DNA of 64,000 nt from assembly GCA_938041455.1 (NCBI GenBank), contig CALITO010000003.1, forward strand, positions 98,548 through 162,547, read 5' to 3'. Below, piece by piece: positions 39,546 through 48,345 of the stretch. The notes under the pieces are model-generated. The model was not told where the DNA came from, did no database searches, and saw nothing but the letters and a program-made list of their open reading frames with translations. Every line of letters starts with the position of its first letter. Within the stretch, counting starts at the first letter, position 1. The stretch is from an uncultured bacterium (lineage in GTDB: Bacteria > Armatimonadota > JACIXR01). The position numbers and the translations under genes were made by a program.

Positions 39546-40682
39546 GTGAAAAGGACTATATTGTTGCTGTTGTTAGTGGGTGGAAGCGCTTGGCTTGTCC
39601 TTTCGGCAACCCTACCAAAGAACATAATCGCGGTTCTCGAAAAGGTAGATAAGACCAACGCTTCCTACAAAACCGTTAAGGCTTCCTTGGAGGTAGTGAC
39701 GAAAATGGGAGGGATAAGCACCTCAATGGAAGGGGAGCTATGGATGGATAATCAAGCGGGGAAGTTCAGGGTGCTCTACCGCACCGGACCTACGCGAGCG
39801 CTTATGCTCTACGACGGAGAAACTCTTTGGAATTATATGGAAGCTAATAAAACCTATCTCAAACAGCGATTGCCCAGAGAAGAGGTGGAGAAAAATTGGC
39901 TCCTTTTCTTGCCACCGGCTGTTGCCTTTAGTCCCATTTGCAAAAAGAGTTTCAATAGCGAGAGTTTTTTAAAAAGTCTGGGCAAGTCCACAATGGGCAA
40001 GGCAGTGCTTAATAAGAAGAGCGTTTTTGTTATAACATTTGTGGATAAGGAAGATAATACGCAGATCAAGTTAACGGTTGACGCCAAGGAATATAGGATT
40101 TTGCAAATAGGGATTGTGGTGCCATCGGAAGAAAATGGGAAAGAGGTCACCTTTAAAATAAAGAGTTTCCAATCCAATGTCTCCTTCCCCCAGGATGCCT
40201 TCGCATTCACTCCACCTCCCGATGCTAAGGAGTTCACCCCACCCCAAGGTGGTGAAACTATGGAGGAACAAATGGCTCCCGATTTCTCCTTAAAGGCTTT
40301 AGATGGTAAGGAATATACCCTTTCTGCCCTCAAAGGCAAGGTGGTTCTCCTGGATTTTTGGGCGACCTGGTGTCCACCTTGTAGGGAAGAGATACCAATA
40401 ATAGAGAAGCTCCATAGGGAATTTAAGGATAAGGGTTTGGTAGTTCTGGGGATAAACGATGAGGATAGAGCAACGGTCGAGGAGTTCGTTAAGGAGAAAA
40501 AGATTACTTTCCCTATCCTTATGGATAGAGAGGGAAAAGTTGCCCAAAGCTACAAAGTGGAAGCCATCCCTCGGGTCATCTTGATAAATAAGGAAGGCAA
40601 AATAGTTAAGGATATAACTGGCTACTATGAGGGAAACGAGAAAATCTTAAAGGAGGCGATAGAGAATTCGCTAAGCAAGTAA
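39546..40682 (+). CDS. secreted LolA-like domain fused to a TlpA/ResA-family thioredoxin domain
   Basis: Has a signal peptide and a GGGAGG site 9 nt before GTG. The C-terminal WATWCPPCREE CxxC motif is of thioredoxin-fold type. The N-terminal approximately 240 aa form a beta-rich LolA-like domain. Confidence 0.6.
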   Translation: MKRTILLLLLVGGSAWLVLSATLPKNIIAVLEKVDKTNASYKTVKASLEVVTKMGGISTSMEGELWMDNQAGKFRVLYRTGPTRALMLYDGETLWNYMEANKTYLKQRLPREEVEKNWLLFLPPAVAFSPICKKSFNSESFLKSLGKSTMGKAVLNKKSVFVITFVDKEDNTQIKLTVDAKEYRILQIGIVVPSEENGKEVTFKIKSFQSNVSFPQDAFAFTPPPDAKEFTPPQGGETMEEQMAPDFSLKALDGKEYTLSALKGKVVLLDFWATWCPPCREEIPIIEKLHREFKDKGLVVLGINDEDRATVEEFVKEKKITFPILMDREGKVAQSYKVEAIPRVILINKEGKIVKDITGYYEGNEKILKEAIENSLSK

Positions 40683-40747
40683 TTCCTCTCCTGGCGCTTT
40701 GCCTTCTTTTTTCAGGTTGTGCTTCTCGTAAGGAACAGAGGGTCACT

Positions 40748-41365
40748 GTGGAGGTTGTTCTCCCATCGGATGTCATAGCCTACCTCGAAAAAATGGAAAC
40801 AGCGATGAGGAATCTCAAAAGCGTTCAATACACCTCGCATCTCACTTTTACTGCGAAGGGAAAAAAGATAACAAAGACAGAACAAAGCACGGCTAAGATA
40901 TGGATGCAGAAGCCGCTTTTCTTCCGCATCGACGCTTCTCAAGATGGGAAGAACACGCTCCTATTCGTTTGTGATAACAAACAGCTCTTCCTTTACGAGT
41001 ATAAGACGAACCGTTACGGTGTTTTTGAACCTACCCCCCAGCGAGTGGAAAAGGCTACAGGCTTCTCCCTTCTTTCCTTTGTCCTGACGCCCAATTTAAA
41101 GGAAAGATTACTCGTAGGAGTCGTCTCCGCTTCCCTCACTTCTCATCCTTCATATCTCCTTCTCACTCTCCAGACCAAGGATAGGGATAGCTTCCAAATA
41201 TATATGGATAAGAAGACTTTTCTGCCCTTCAAAACAAGGATAGATATGCAATTCGCTTCCCTGGAAGAGGCGGTCTCTGAGTTGAAGCTCGATCCCAAAA
41301 TTCCACCCTCCACTTTCACTTTCGAGCCGCCCAAAGGGGCGATGATGACTGGATTCAGGTTATGA
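40748..41365 (+). CDS. LolA-like outer-membrane lipoprotein carrier/sorting family protein (coordinates from the ORF track)
   Basis: The same frame is open upstream from 40631 and encodes ...IPLLALCLLFSGCASRK, so a lipoprotein signal lies upstream of the GTG at 40748. The true start is therefore probably upstream. Confidence 0.5.
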   Translation: MEVVLPSDVIAYLEKMETAMRNLKSVQYTSHLTFTAKGKKITKTEQSTAKIWMQKPLFFRIDASQDGKNTLLFVCDNKQLFLYEYKTNRYGVFEPTPQRVEKATGFSLLSFVLTPNLKERLLVGVVSASLTSHPSYLLLTLQTKDRDSFQIYMDKKTFLPFKTRIDMQFASLEEAVSELKLDPKIPPSTFTFEPPKGAMMTGFRL

Positions 41366-42450
41366 GGGACAAAACCAAACTCGTGGTAATTAAGGTAGGC
41401 ACAAGCGCTCTTCTTGGCGAGGGGGACATAATAGATGAAAATTATGTCTCTGCTCTTGCGGAAGACATAGCCGAACTAAAAGGAAATGGCATAGATGTAA
41501 TTCTTGTAACATCGGGTGCCATAAGGGCGGGGTTAGCCCATCTATCTTTGTCGGATAACTTTTCCCTTCCTTTCATCCAGGCTATAGCAGCAATTGGGCA
41601 AGGTATACTTATGAGGATATATGAATCGGCTTTTTCCCGCCACAATATCACCATAGGACAGGTTTTATTGACACATGAGGACCTTGCGAGCCGAGACCGT
41701 TTTCTCAACGCTCGCCATACTCTCCTTGCCCTCTTACAGTTGAAAACTGTCCCTGTCATAAATGAAAATGACACAGTTGCTACAGAGGAGATTCGCTTCG
41801 GCGATAATGACATCCTCGCTGGTATGGTATCCGCGACTGTATCCGCGGATATACTTCTTCTTTTATCAGATGTGGAGGGGCTATTAGACCGGGAGGGAAG
41901 GCTAATCGCACGAGTGGATTCCTTTACTTCGGAGCTCCTTTCCCTTGCTGGTCCAGCGGGAAAATGGGGAAGAGGTGGTATGAAATCAAAGATAGAAGCG
42001 GCGAGGATAGCTACCTCTGCGGGGGTTAATGTAGTTATAGCAAATGGAAGGGAAGAGGATATAATCCAGAGGATAGTGCTTAGAAACGAGCCCTTAGGGA
42101 CATTTTTCCCTGCAAGCAAGAGGATGAGGGCGAGAAAACAGTGGCTAACTTTTATATCTCGTCCAAGGGGAAGGGTAATAGTAAACGAAGGCGCGATGAG
42201 GGCGATAGTGGAGGAGGGGAAGAGCTTGCTACCCGTAGGAGTGATTGGCGTGGAGGGGACCTTCAAAAGAGGAGATGTAGTGAGGGTGATCTGCAACGGT
42301 AGGGAGTTCGCCCGGGGGCTGAGTAATTACACATCTGACGAATTGAAGCTCATAAAAGGGCACCATTCCAGCGAAATAGAAAAACTCCTTGGTTACAAGG
42401 GTTACGAGGAGGTTGTCCATCGGGACAACCTCGCCATCCTTCCTACCTAA
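41362..42450 (+). CDS. proB: glutamate 5-kinase ProB (with PUA domain)
   Basis: N-terminus KLVVIKVGTSAL. The amino-acid kinase fold is followed by a C-terminal PUA domain. ATGA overlap with the upstream stop. Confidence 0.9.
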   Translation: MRDKTKLVVIKVGTSALLGEGDIIDENYVSALAEDIAELKGNGIDVILVTSGAIRAGLAHLSLSDNFSLPFIQAIAAIGQGILMRIYESAFSRHNITIGQVLLTHEDLASRDRFLNARHTLLALLQLKTVPVINENDTVATEEIRFGDNDILAGMVSATVSADILLLLSDVEGLLDREGRLIARVDSFTSELLSLAGPAGKWGRGGMKSKIEAARIATSAGVNVVIANGREEDIIQRIVLRNEPLGTFFPASKRMRARKQWLTFISRPRGRVIVNEGAMRAIVEEGKSLLPVGVIGVEGTFKRGDVVRVICNGREFARGLSNYTSDELKLIKGHHSSEIEKLLGYKGYEEVVHRDNLAILPT

Positions 42451-42478
42451 AATAAAAAGAAGAGAGGAGGTTTTCTCT

Positions 42479-43747
42479 ATGGAGATACCCGAATCTGTGA
42501 TTGAAGAGGTAAAGGCGAAGGCGAGGAAAGCTAAGGAGGTTTCTATTAAGTTGGCAGTTGCCAGCACAGATGCCAAAAACGAGGCATTGAGCAAGATCGC
42601 CCAATACATCTGGGATAGGAGGGAGGAAATCCTCTCCGCGAATGGGAAGGATATTCAAAGAGCGGAAGAGAGGAATATCCCTCCCCATCTAATAGACCGT
42701 CTCACCTTGACCGAAAAACGGATAAAGGATATATGCAGTGCGATTAGGGAGGTAATCGCCCTTCCCGATCCTATAGGAGAGATAATAGAGGGGTGGAAGC
42801 GTCCCAATGGTTTGATAATTCAAAAAGTAAGGGTCCCACTTGGAGTAATCGGTATAATCTATGAAGCGCGCCCCAATGTTACGGTTGATGCGGTCACCCT
42901 TTGCCTCAAAGCGGGAAACTGTGTTGTCTTAAGGGGTGGGTCAGAGGCAATTAACTCCAATGTTTGCTTAGTGAGGATAATGCGGGAAGCTTTGGAAGAA
43001 ACCTCCATTCCTCCTGAAGCAGTGCAAATTATAGAGGACACTTCCCGGGCGAGTGCCCTCGCCCTTATGCGCCAATCGGAATACCTTGATGTTCTCATTC
43101 CTCGAGGTGGGGCGGGCTTGATAAAGTCAGTTTTAGAAAACGCCCGCCTACCGGTGATAGAGACGGGGGTAGGGAATTGTCATATTTATGTCCATTGCGA
43201 TGCGGATATGGAGATGGCGGAGAGAATAGTGATAAATGCTAAGTGTCAACGTCCCTCGGTTTGCAACGCTATGGAAACCCTTTTAGTGCATAAAGACATT
43301 GCCCCCTCCTTCCTGCCCAACTGTCTCGGGAAACTAACCGAGTTAGGAGTGGAAATAAGGGGTTGCCAAAGAACAAGGGAACTATTCCCTGATGCTAAGC
43401 CGGCTACCGAGGAGGATTGGTATACCGAATACCTTGCCCTTATACTCGCTGTGAAGGTCGTTGACTCTTTGGAGGAGGCAATCGCTCACATAAACAAGTA
43501 TGGGAGCAAGCACTCGGAGGCGATAATTACCTCTAATGTTCAATCCGCCAAAAGATTCTGTGAGGAAGTGGATGCTTCAACCGTTTATGTGAATGCCTCG
43601 ACACGCTTCACCGACGGAGGCGAGTTCGGTTTGGGAGCGGAGATGGGTATTTCCACTCAAAAGCTCCACGCTCGGGGACCAATGGGTCTGAGGGAGCTTA
43701 CCTCCTATAAATGGGTTGTTTATGGGGAGGGGCAGATCAGGAGTTGA
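42479..43747 (+). CDS. proA: gamma-glutamyl phosphate reductase ProA
   Basis: ALDH-superfamily protein with ProA-typical VIETGVGNCH and the catalytic Cys. AGGAGG site before ATG 42479. The ORF-track extension overlaps proB. Confidence 0.9.
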   Translation: MEIPESVIEEVKAKARKAKEVSIKLAVASTDAKNEALSKIAQYIWDRREEILSANGKDIQRAEERNIPPHLIDRLTLTEKRIKDICSAIREVIALPDPIGEIIEGWKRPNGLIIQKVRVPLGVIGIIYEARPNVTVDAVTLCLKAGNCVVLRGGSEAINSNVCLVRIMREALEETSIPPEAVQIIEDTSRASALALMRQSEYLDVLIPRGGAGLIKSVLENARLPVIETGVGNCHIYVHCDADMEMAERIVINAKCQRPSVCNAMETLLVHKDIAPSFLPNCLGKLTELGVEIRGCQRTRELFPDAKPATEEDWYTEYLALILAVKVVDSLEEAIAHINKYGSKHSEAIITSNVQSAKRFCEEVDASTVYVNASTRFTDGGEFGLGAEMGISTQKLHARGPMGLRELTSYKWVVYGEGQIRS

Positions 43748-44240
43748 TATCTCCTTTCTCTAGTTCTTCAGCTGACCTTTCCACTTCTTTTGCCATCTTG
43801 TCCCTATAGAGGGCAAGCCATTTTCGTAATTGGGGATATTTGAGGCTCAAAATTCTGAGTGCCAAAAGGGCGGCGTTTTTAGAGGAATTTATCCCCACGC
43901 TGGCCACGGGCACTCCCGGTGGCATTTGAACCGTTGATAAAAGAGCATCCAAACCGAGGAGATTGCCTCCCAGGGGAACCCCTATCACTGGTAAGAGAGT
44001 ATGGGATGCCACTACTCCTGCCAGATGAGCAGACATTCCCGCCCCTGCTATCACGAGGTCAAACTCCCCCCGCTCACACTTTTCGCACAGCATCTCGATT
44101 CTCTGGGGAGAGCGGTGTGCGGATGCAATGGTGAAAAGAACTTCCACACCCGCTTCTTCTAATATCTCCTTGGTTTCCTTCATCATTTCTACATCGGATT
44201 TAGAACCCATTAAAACAAGAACCCTTGCCCTTCTATCCAT
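43737..44240 (-). CDS. purE: N5-carboxyaminoimidazole ribonucleotide mutase PurE
   Basis: Carries VLVLMGSKSD and AGMSAHLAGVVAS...PVIGVP. Confidence 0.9.
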   Translation of the reverse strand: MDRRARVLVLMGSKSDVEMMKETKEILEEAGVEVLFTIASAHRSPQRIEMLCEKCERGEFDLVIAGAGMSAHLAGVVASHTLLPVIGVPLGGNLLGLDALLSTVQMPPGVPVASVGINSSKNAALLALRILSLKYPQLRKWLALYRDKMAKEVERSAEELEKGDINS

Positions 44241-44242
44241 AT

Positions 44243-44674
44243 CTACATCTCCTTAAGCGTTTTTAAAAGGTTCCTCCGCCTCACAATGCCTAATATCCTT
44301 CCCTCATCATCAACCACCGGTAGATATTCTACCCTTTTTATAGCCATTAGGGAAAGGACCCTCATCAGAGGGGTTGTCTCTTTGACCACGAGGGGCGGCG
44401 TGCTCATAACCTCCTCTACCTTTTTATTCAAAGCAAAAGCTGCCATTCTTTCCGCTCCCTCTATATGTAACCCTTCCTCCTCCGCCAACTCTTCATAGCG
44501 AAGGAGAACAGCCCGTAGTATGTCACCGTTGGTGATAAAACCTTTAACCTTCTTCTCTTCATCCACTACCGCTAATCCCTCTACTCCGCATTGCTCCATA
44601 ACTTCTATCGCCTCAAGCAGGCTTTCGCCTTTTGTGATAAGGCAAGGATTTTTGTCCATAAAGTCCTTTACCAA
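44243..44674 (-). CDS. CBS-pair domain protein
   Basis: 143 aa containing two CBS motifs. Confidence 0.7.
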   Translation of the reverse strand: MVKDFMDKNPCLITKGESLLEAIEVMEQCGVEGLAVVDEEKKVKGFITNGDILRAVLLRYEELAEEEGLHIEGAERMAAFALNKKVEEVMSTPPLVVKETTPLMRVLSLMAIKRVEYLPVVDDEGRILGIVRRRNLLKTLKEM

Positions 44675-44693
44675 CAGGGTCCAAACACCTCCT

Positions 44694-46082
44694 TTAGGGA
44701 GCTATGCCGAGATATTTTCTGATGGATTCCGCCGCTTTTTTGGCCATTCCCATCGCCAATATGACCGTTGCTGCACCACTGGCGATATCTCCACCCGCCC
44801 AAACTCCCTCAAGCGATGTTCTCATTTCTTCGTCCACCAAAATTTCTCCCTCTTTCCCTACCTTCAACCGGGGTTCCAGTGAGGGGATAAGAGGATTGGG
44901 TCTCTGCCCTATCGCCACAACCACTACATCTACCTTGAGACTTGTTATCTCGTCGGTCAGTTTGGATTTCCTTCTCCCGCTGGCATCTCGCTCGTCCAGC
45001 AATTTCATCCTTCCGCATATTAGTTCCTTTTCTCCATTGCCCCTTATCTCGAGGGGGGAGAGAAGGTACTCAAAGATAATGCCTTCCTCCTTGGCGTGTT
45101 GTATCTCTACCTTTCTCGCTGGCATTTCCTCCTCGGTGCGTCTATAAACTATGTAGACCTCCTCGGCAGAGAGTCTCAGCGCCACTCTTGCAGAATCTAT
45201 AGCGACATTCCCTCCTCCTATCACTGCTACTCTCTTTCCTCTTTTTATTGGGGTTGTATAATGGGGGAACAAATCTGCCCGCATAAGGTTAACCCGAGTT
45301 AGAAACTCGTTTGCTGAGTATACACCTTCTAAATTCTCCCCATTTATTCCCAACAATTGGGGCAATCCCGCTCCCGTGGCAACGAACACAGCGGAGAAAC
45401 CTTCCTTGGTTTGCAAATCAGGGAAAGGAATCGTTCTCCCTACCAGCACATTCTTTTCCAATTTCACCCCCATCGCTTCCAGTTTCTCTATCTCTTTCTC
45501 TATGATATTTCGGGGAAGACGAAAGGTAGGTATTCCATACCTGAGCACACCTCCCAACTTGTGGAGGGCTTCGAAGACGGTTACTTCCACTCCACTCCTC
45601 GCTAATTCCGCAGCGCAAGTCAATCCTGCGGGCCCAGAGCCTATAACTGCTACCCTCTTCGGTTTTGAGGGATTAGTATTGACACCTTCTATAATCCCTT
45701 CTCCACCATACTCGGAGGCTGCTCTCTCTAATCCAGCGATGGCTATAGGGGCTCCTACTGCTCCCAAGGTGCACTTATTCTCGCATTGATACTCGCTTGG
45801 GCATACCCTTCCACAGATGGAGGGGAGTAGATTCTTCTCTTCTATCTTCTGTAGAGCACCTCTAAAATCGCCTTCTTTTATCCTTTCAATGAAAGCGGGG
45901 ATATTTATACCCACGGGGCAACCTTCAACACAGAGAGGACGACTACAGCCCAAGCATCTCTTTGCTTCTGCTATAGCTTCCTCTTTTGAATAGCCTAGGC
46001 TGACCTCATCAAAATCCTTTATTCTCTCCTCTGGTAAACGCTCGCTTATGGGGATTCTCTTCTCCATACCTTCGTCTCCCAT
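44694..46082 (-). CDS. GltD-like NAD(P)H-dependent oxidoreductase (NfnB / SudA-type large subunit)
   Basis: N-terminal Cys clusters for two [4Fe-4S] centres (CLGCSRPLCVEGCP). Two Rossmann GxGxxG/A motifs (VIGSGPAGL and VIGGGNVAID). Confidence 0.8.
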   Translation of the reverse strand: MGDEGMEKRIPISERLPEERIKDFDEVSLGYSKEEAIAEAKRCLGCSRPLCVEGCPVGINIPAFIERIKEGDFRGALQKIEEKNLLPSICGRVCPSEYQCENKCTLGAVGAPIAIAGLERAASEYGGEGIIEGVNTNPSKPKRVAVIGSGPAGLTCAAELARSGVEVTVFEALHKLGGVLRYGIPTFRLPRNIIEKEIEKLEAMGVKLEKNVLVGRTIPFPDLQTKEGFSAVFVATGAGLPQLLGINGENLEGVYSANEFLTRVNLMRADLFPHYTTPIKRGKRVAVIGGGNVAIDSARVALRLSAEEVYIVYRRTEEEMPARKVEIQHAKEEGIIFEYLLSPLEIRGNGEKELICGRMKLLDERDASGRRKSKLTDEITSLKVDVVVVAIGQRPNPLIPSLEPRLKVGKEGEILVDEEMRTSLEGVWAGGDIASGAATVILAMGMAKKAAESIRKYLGIAP

Positions 46083-46888
46083 TTTTCCAGAGCTTCTGCT
46101 TCTTCCTTCGCATACATAGATAAGCGTCTCCTAAGGTCAGCGAAATCCACTTGATGTCCGTCAAATTTCGGACCATCCACGCAAGCGAACTTGGTTTCCC
46201 CTCCTACCTTAACTCGGCAAACTCCACACATTCCGGTGGCATCCAACATAATAGGGTTGAGGGAAACGATGGTTTTTATTCCAAGTGGGCGGGTGAGATG
46301 GGAAACCGCTTCCATCATAGGAACAGGTCCAATTGCAATGACCAAATCTATGTGCTTTTGACCGAGAAGTTCCTGCAAAGCCTCCGTGACAAAACCCTTT
46401 CTCCCGTAGGAACCGTCGTCCGTGCAGATGAGAAGTTCATCACTTGCTTCCCTTATCCTTTCTTCTAAAATAACCAATGAGGCGGTCCTTGCCCCTATAA
46501 TGGAGCACACCTCATTCCCCACCCTTTTTAGCTCTCTGGCTATGGTATATATTGGGGGAATTCCTAATCCTCCACCTACAAAAACTACCCTCCCATATTT
46601 CTCCAATGCCAGTGGTCTACCGAGGGGACCAAGTAAGGTGTAAACAGAGTTTCCCACATCCAAGGAGGCTAATTCCAATGTTGTTCTGCCCACAACCTGG
46701 AAAACTATCTCTATTGTTCCCTTTTCTTTATACCAGTTGTGGAGGCTTATCGGTATGCGCTCCGATGTTTCAAAAGGCATAAGGACGACGAACTGTCCTG
46801 GCTGAGCATATCTGGCTACCTTTTCCGCTTCTATCTCGAGTAGGACTACCCTCTCGGCAAGGAGCGTCTTATCAACTATCCTCGCCAT
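46046..46888 (-). CDS. PyrK-like FAD/NAD-binding electron-transfer subunit (NfnA / SudB-type small subunit)
   Basis: Ferredoxin-reductase-type FAD-binding fold with a C-terminal [2Fe-2S] CGVCRVKVGGETKFACVDGP motif. Overlaps the large subunit. Confidence 0.8.
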   Translation of the reverse strand: MARIVDKTLLAERVVLLEIEAEKVARYAQPGQFVVLMPFETSERIPISLHNWYKEKGTIEIVFQVVGRTTLELASLDVGNSVYTLLGPLGRPLALEKYGRVVFVGGGLGIPPIYTIARELKRVGNEVCSIIGARTASLVILEERIREASDELLICTDDGSYGRKGFVTEALQELLGQKHIDLVIAIGPVPMMEAVSHLTRPLGIKTIVSLNPIMLDATGMCGVCRVKVGGETKFACVDGPKFDGHQVDFADLRRRLSMYAKEEAEALEKWETKVWRRESP

Positions 46889-48264
46889 TATTCTTCTTTT
46901 CCTATACTCCTCAAGAACTCCTTGAGTTCTCTTAGTGTCTCCTCTACTCTCTCCTCGGGGTAGAAATAATCTTCCAATTTCCCCGCTAAATACTCCTCAT
47001 AAGCGACCATATCAAAGTGTCCATGTCCCGAACCATTGAACAATATCACTTCCTCTTTGCCTTCTTCCCTACATCTTACTGCCTCGTCAACGACGAATTT
47101 TATGGCGTGAGCCGTTTCAGGAGCGGGAACATATCCTTCTGTTTGAGCGAAAAGCGCTCCCGCCTCAAACACTGCCCTTTGGGGATAAGCGATTGCCTCT
47201 ATTATCCCTTCTTTGTAGAGCAAACTAACCAGGGGAGCCATTCCGTGATAGCGTAATCCCCCAGCGTGAATGGGAGAGGGGACAAAGGAATGTCCGAGAG
47301 TGAACATTTTGAGGAGAGGGGTTAAGCCGGCAATATCGCCGAAATCGTAAGTGTAAATTCCCTTTGTCACACTAGGACAAGCGGTGGGTTCCACCGCCAC
47401 AGCCCTTATGTCCCTCTTCCCTTGGAGCTTATCCATAAGGAAGGGGAAGGAAATCCCAGCGAAGTTGGAACCTCCCCCAATACAACTTGTGACAACATCC
47501 GGCCATTCTCCTATCAACTCAAACTGTTTCCTTGCTTCCAAGCCGATAATAGTCTGATGGAGAAGGACATGATTGAGAACGGAGCCGAGGGAGTAGTTGG
47601 TGTCTTCGTGTTTGAAGGCATCCTCTACAGCCTCACTTATGGCTATTCCCAAGCTTCCCGGGCTATCGGGGTTTTCCGCCAAAACCTTCCTTCCCGATTC
47701 TGTTCTATCTGTTGGGCTGGGATAAACATCCGCTCCCCATAACTGCATCAAGATCCTCCTATATGGCTTTTGATTATAGGAGACTTTAACCATATATACG
47801 GTGCATTCCAAGCCCATAAACTTACATCCCATAGCGAGAGCTGAGCCCCACTGCCCTGCTCCAGTCTCGGTTGTCAAGCGTTTGATCCCCTCGATTTTGT
47901 TGTAATATGCCTGAGCAACCGCGGTATTGGGTTTATGGCTTCCCGCAGGTGATACACCCTCCCACTTATAATATATCCTCGCTGGGGTTTTTAAAGCTTT
48001 TTCTAAATTCCTTGCCCTCATCAAGGGTGTAGGGCGCCATAATTTATATACCTCCAAGACCTCATCAGGTATCTCTACCCAACGTTCCGTGGAAACTTCC
48101 TGTTCTATGAGGGAGCGAGGGAATATCTTGAGGAGCAGAGAAGGGTCAAGGGGTTTGCCCGTAAGGGGGTCAAGAGGAGGTGGGAGAGGTGTAGGAAGGT
48201 CAGCCAATATGTTATACCACTGCTGGGGAAGTTCCTTCTCGCTGAGGTTGATTTTCAAATCCAT
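46888..48264 (-). CDS. TrpB2-type tryptophan synthase beta-like PLP enzyme
   Basis: About 458 aa with [11 protein letters not shown] (the PLP lysine) and the long N-terminal extension typical of TrpB2. Confidence 0.8.
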   Translation of the reverse strand: MDLKINLSEKELPQQWYNILADLPTPLPPPLDPLTGKPLDPSLLLKIFPRSLIEQEVSTERWVEIPDEVLEVYKLWRPTPLMRARNLEKALKTPARIYYKWEGVSPAGSHKPNTAVAQAYYNKIEGIKRLTTETGAGQWGSALAMGCKFMGLECTVYMVKVSYNQKPYRRILMQLWGADVYPSPTDRTESGRKVLAENPDSPGSLGIAISEAVEDAFKHEDTNYSLGSVLNHVLLHQTIIGLEARKQFELIGEWPDVVTSCIGGGSNFAGISFPFLMDKLQGKRDIRAVAVEPTACPSVTKGIYTYDFGDIAGLTPLLKMFTLGHSFVPSPIHAGGLRYHGMAPLVSLLYKEGIIEAIAYPQRAVFEAGALFAQTEGYVPAPETAHAIKFVVDEAVRCREEGKEEVILFNGSGHGHFDMVAYEEYLAGKLEDYFYPEERVEETLRELKEFLRSIGKEE

Positions 48265-48345
48265 TAGGATATGCCTCCTTTCTTTATAATAAATTGTTGA
48301 AAATTATAACGCCCTTCCTTGTTGCTGTCTATTAATGTTATAGCA

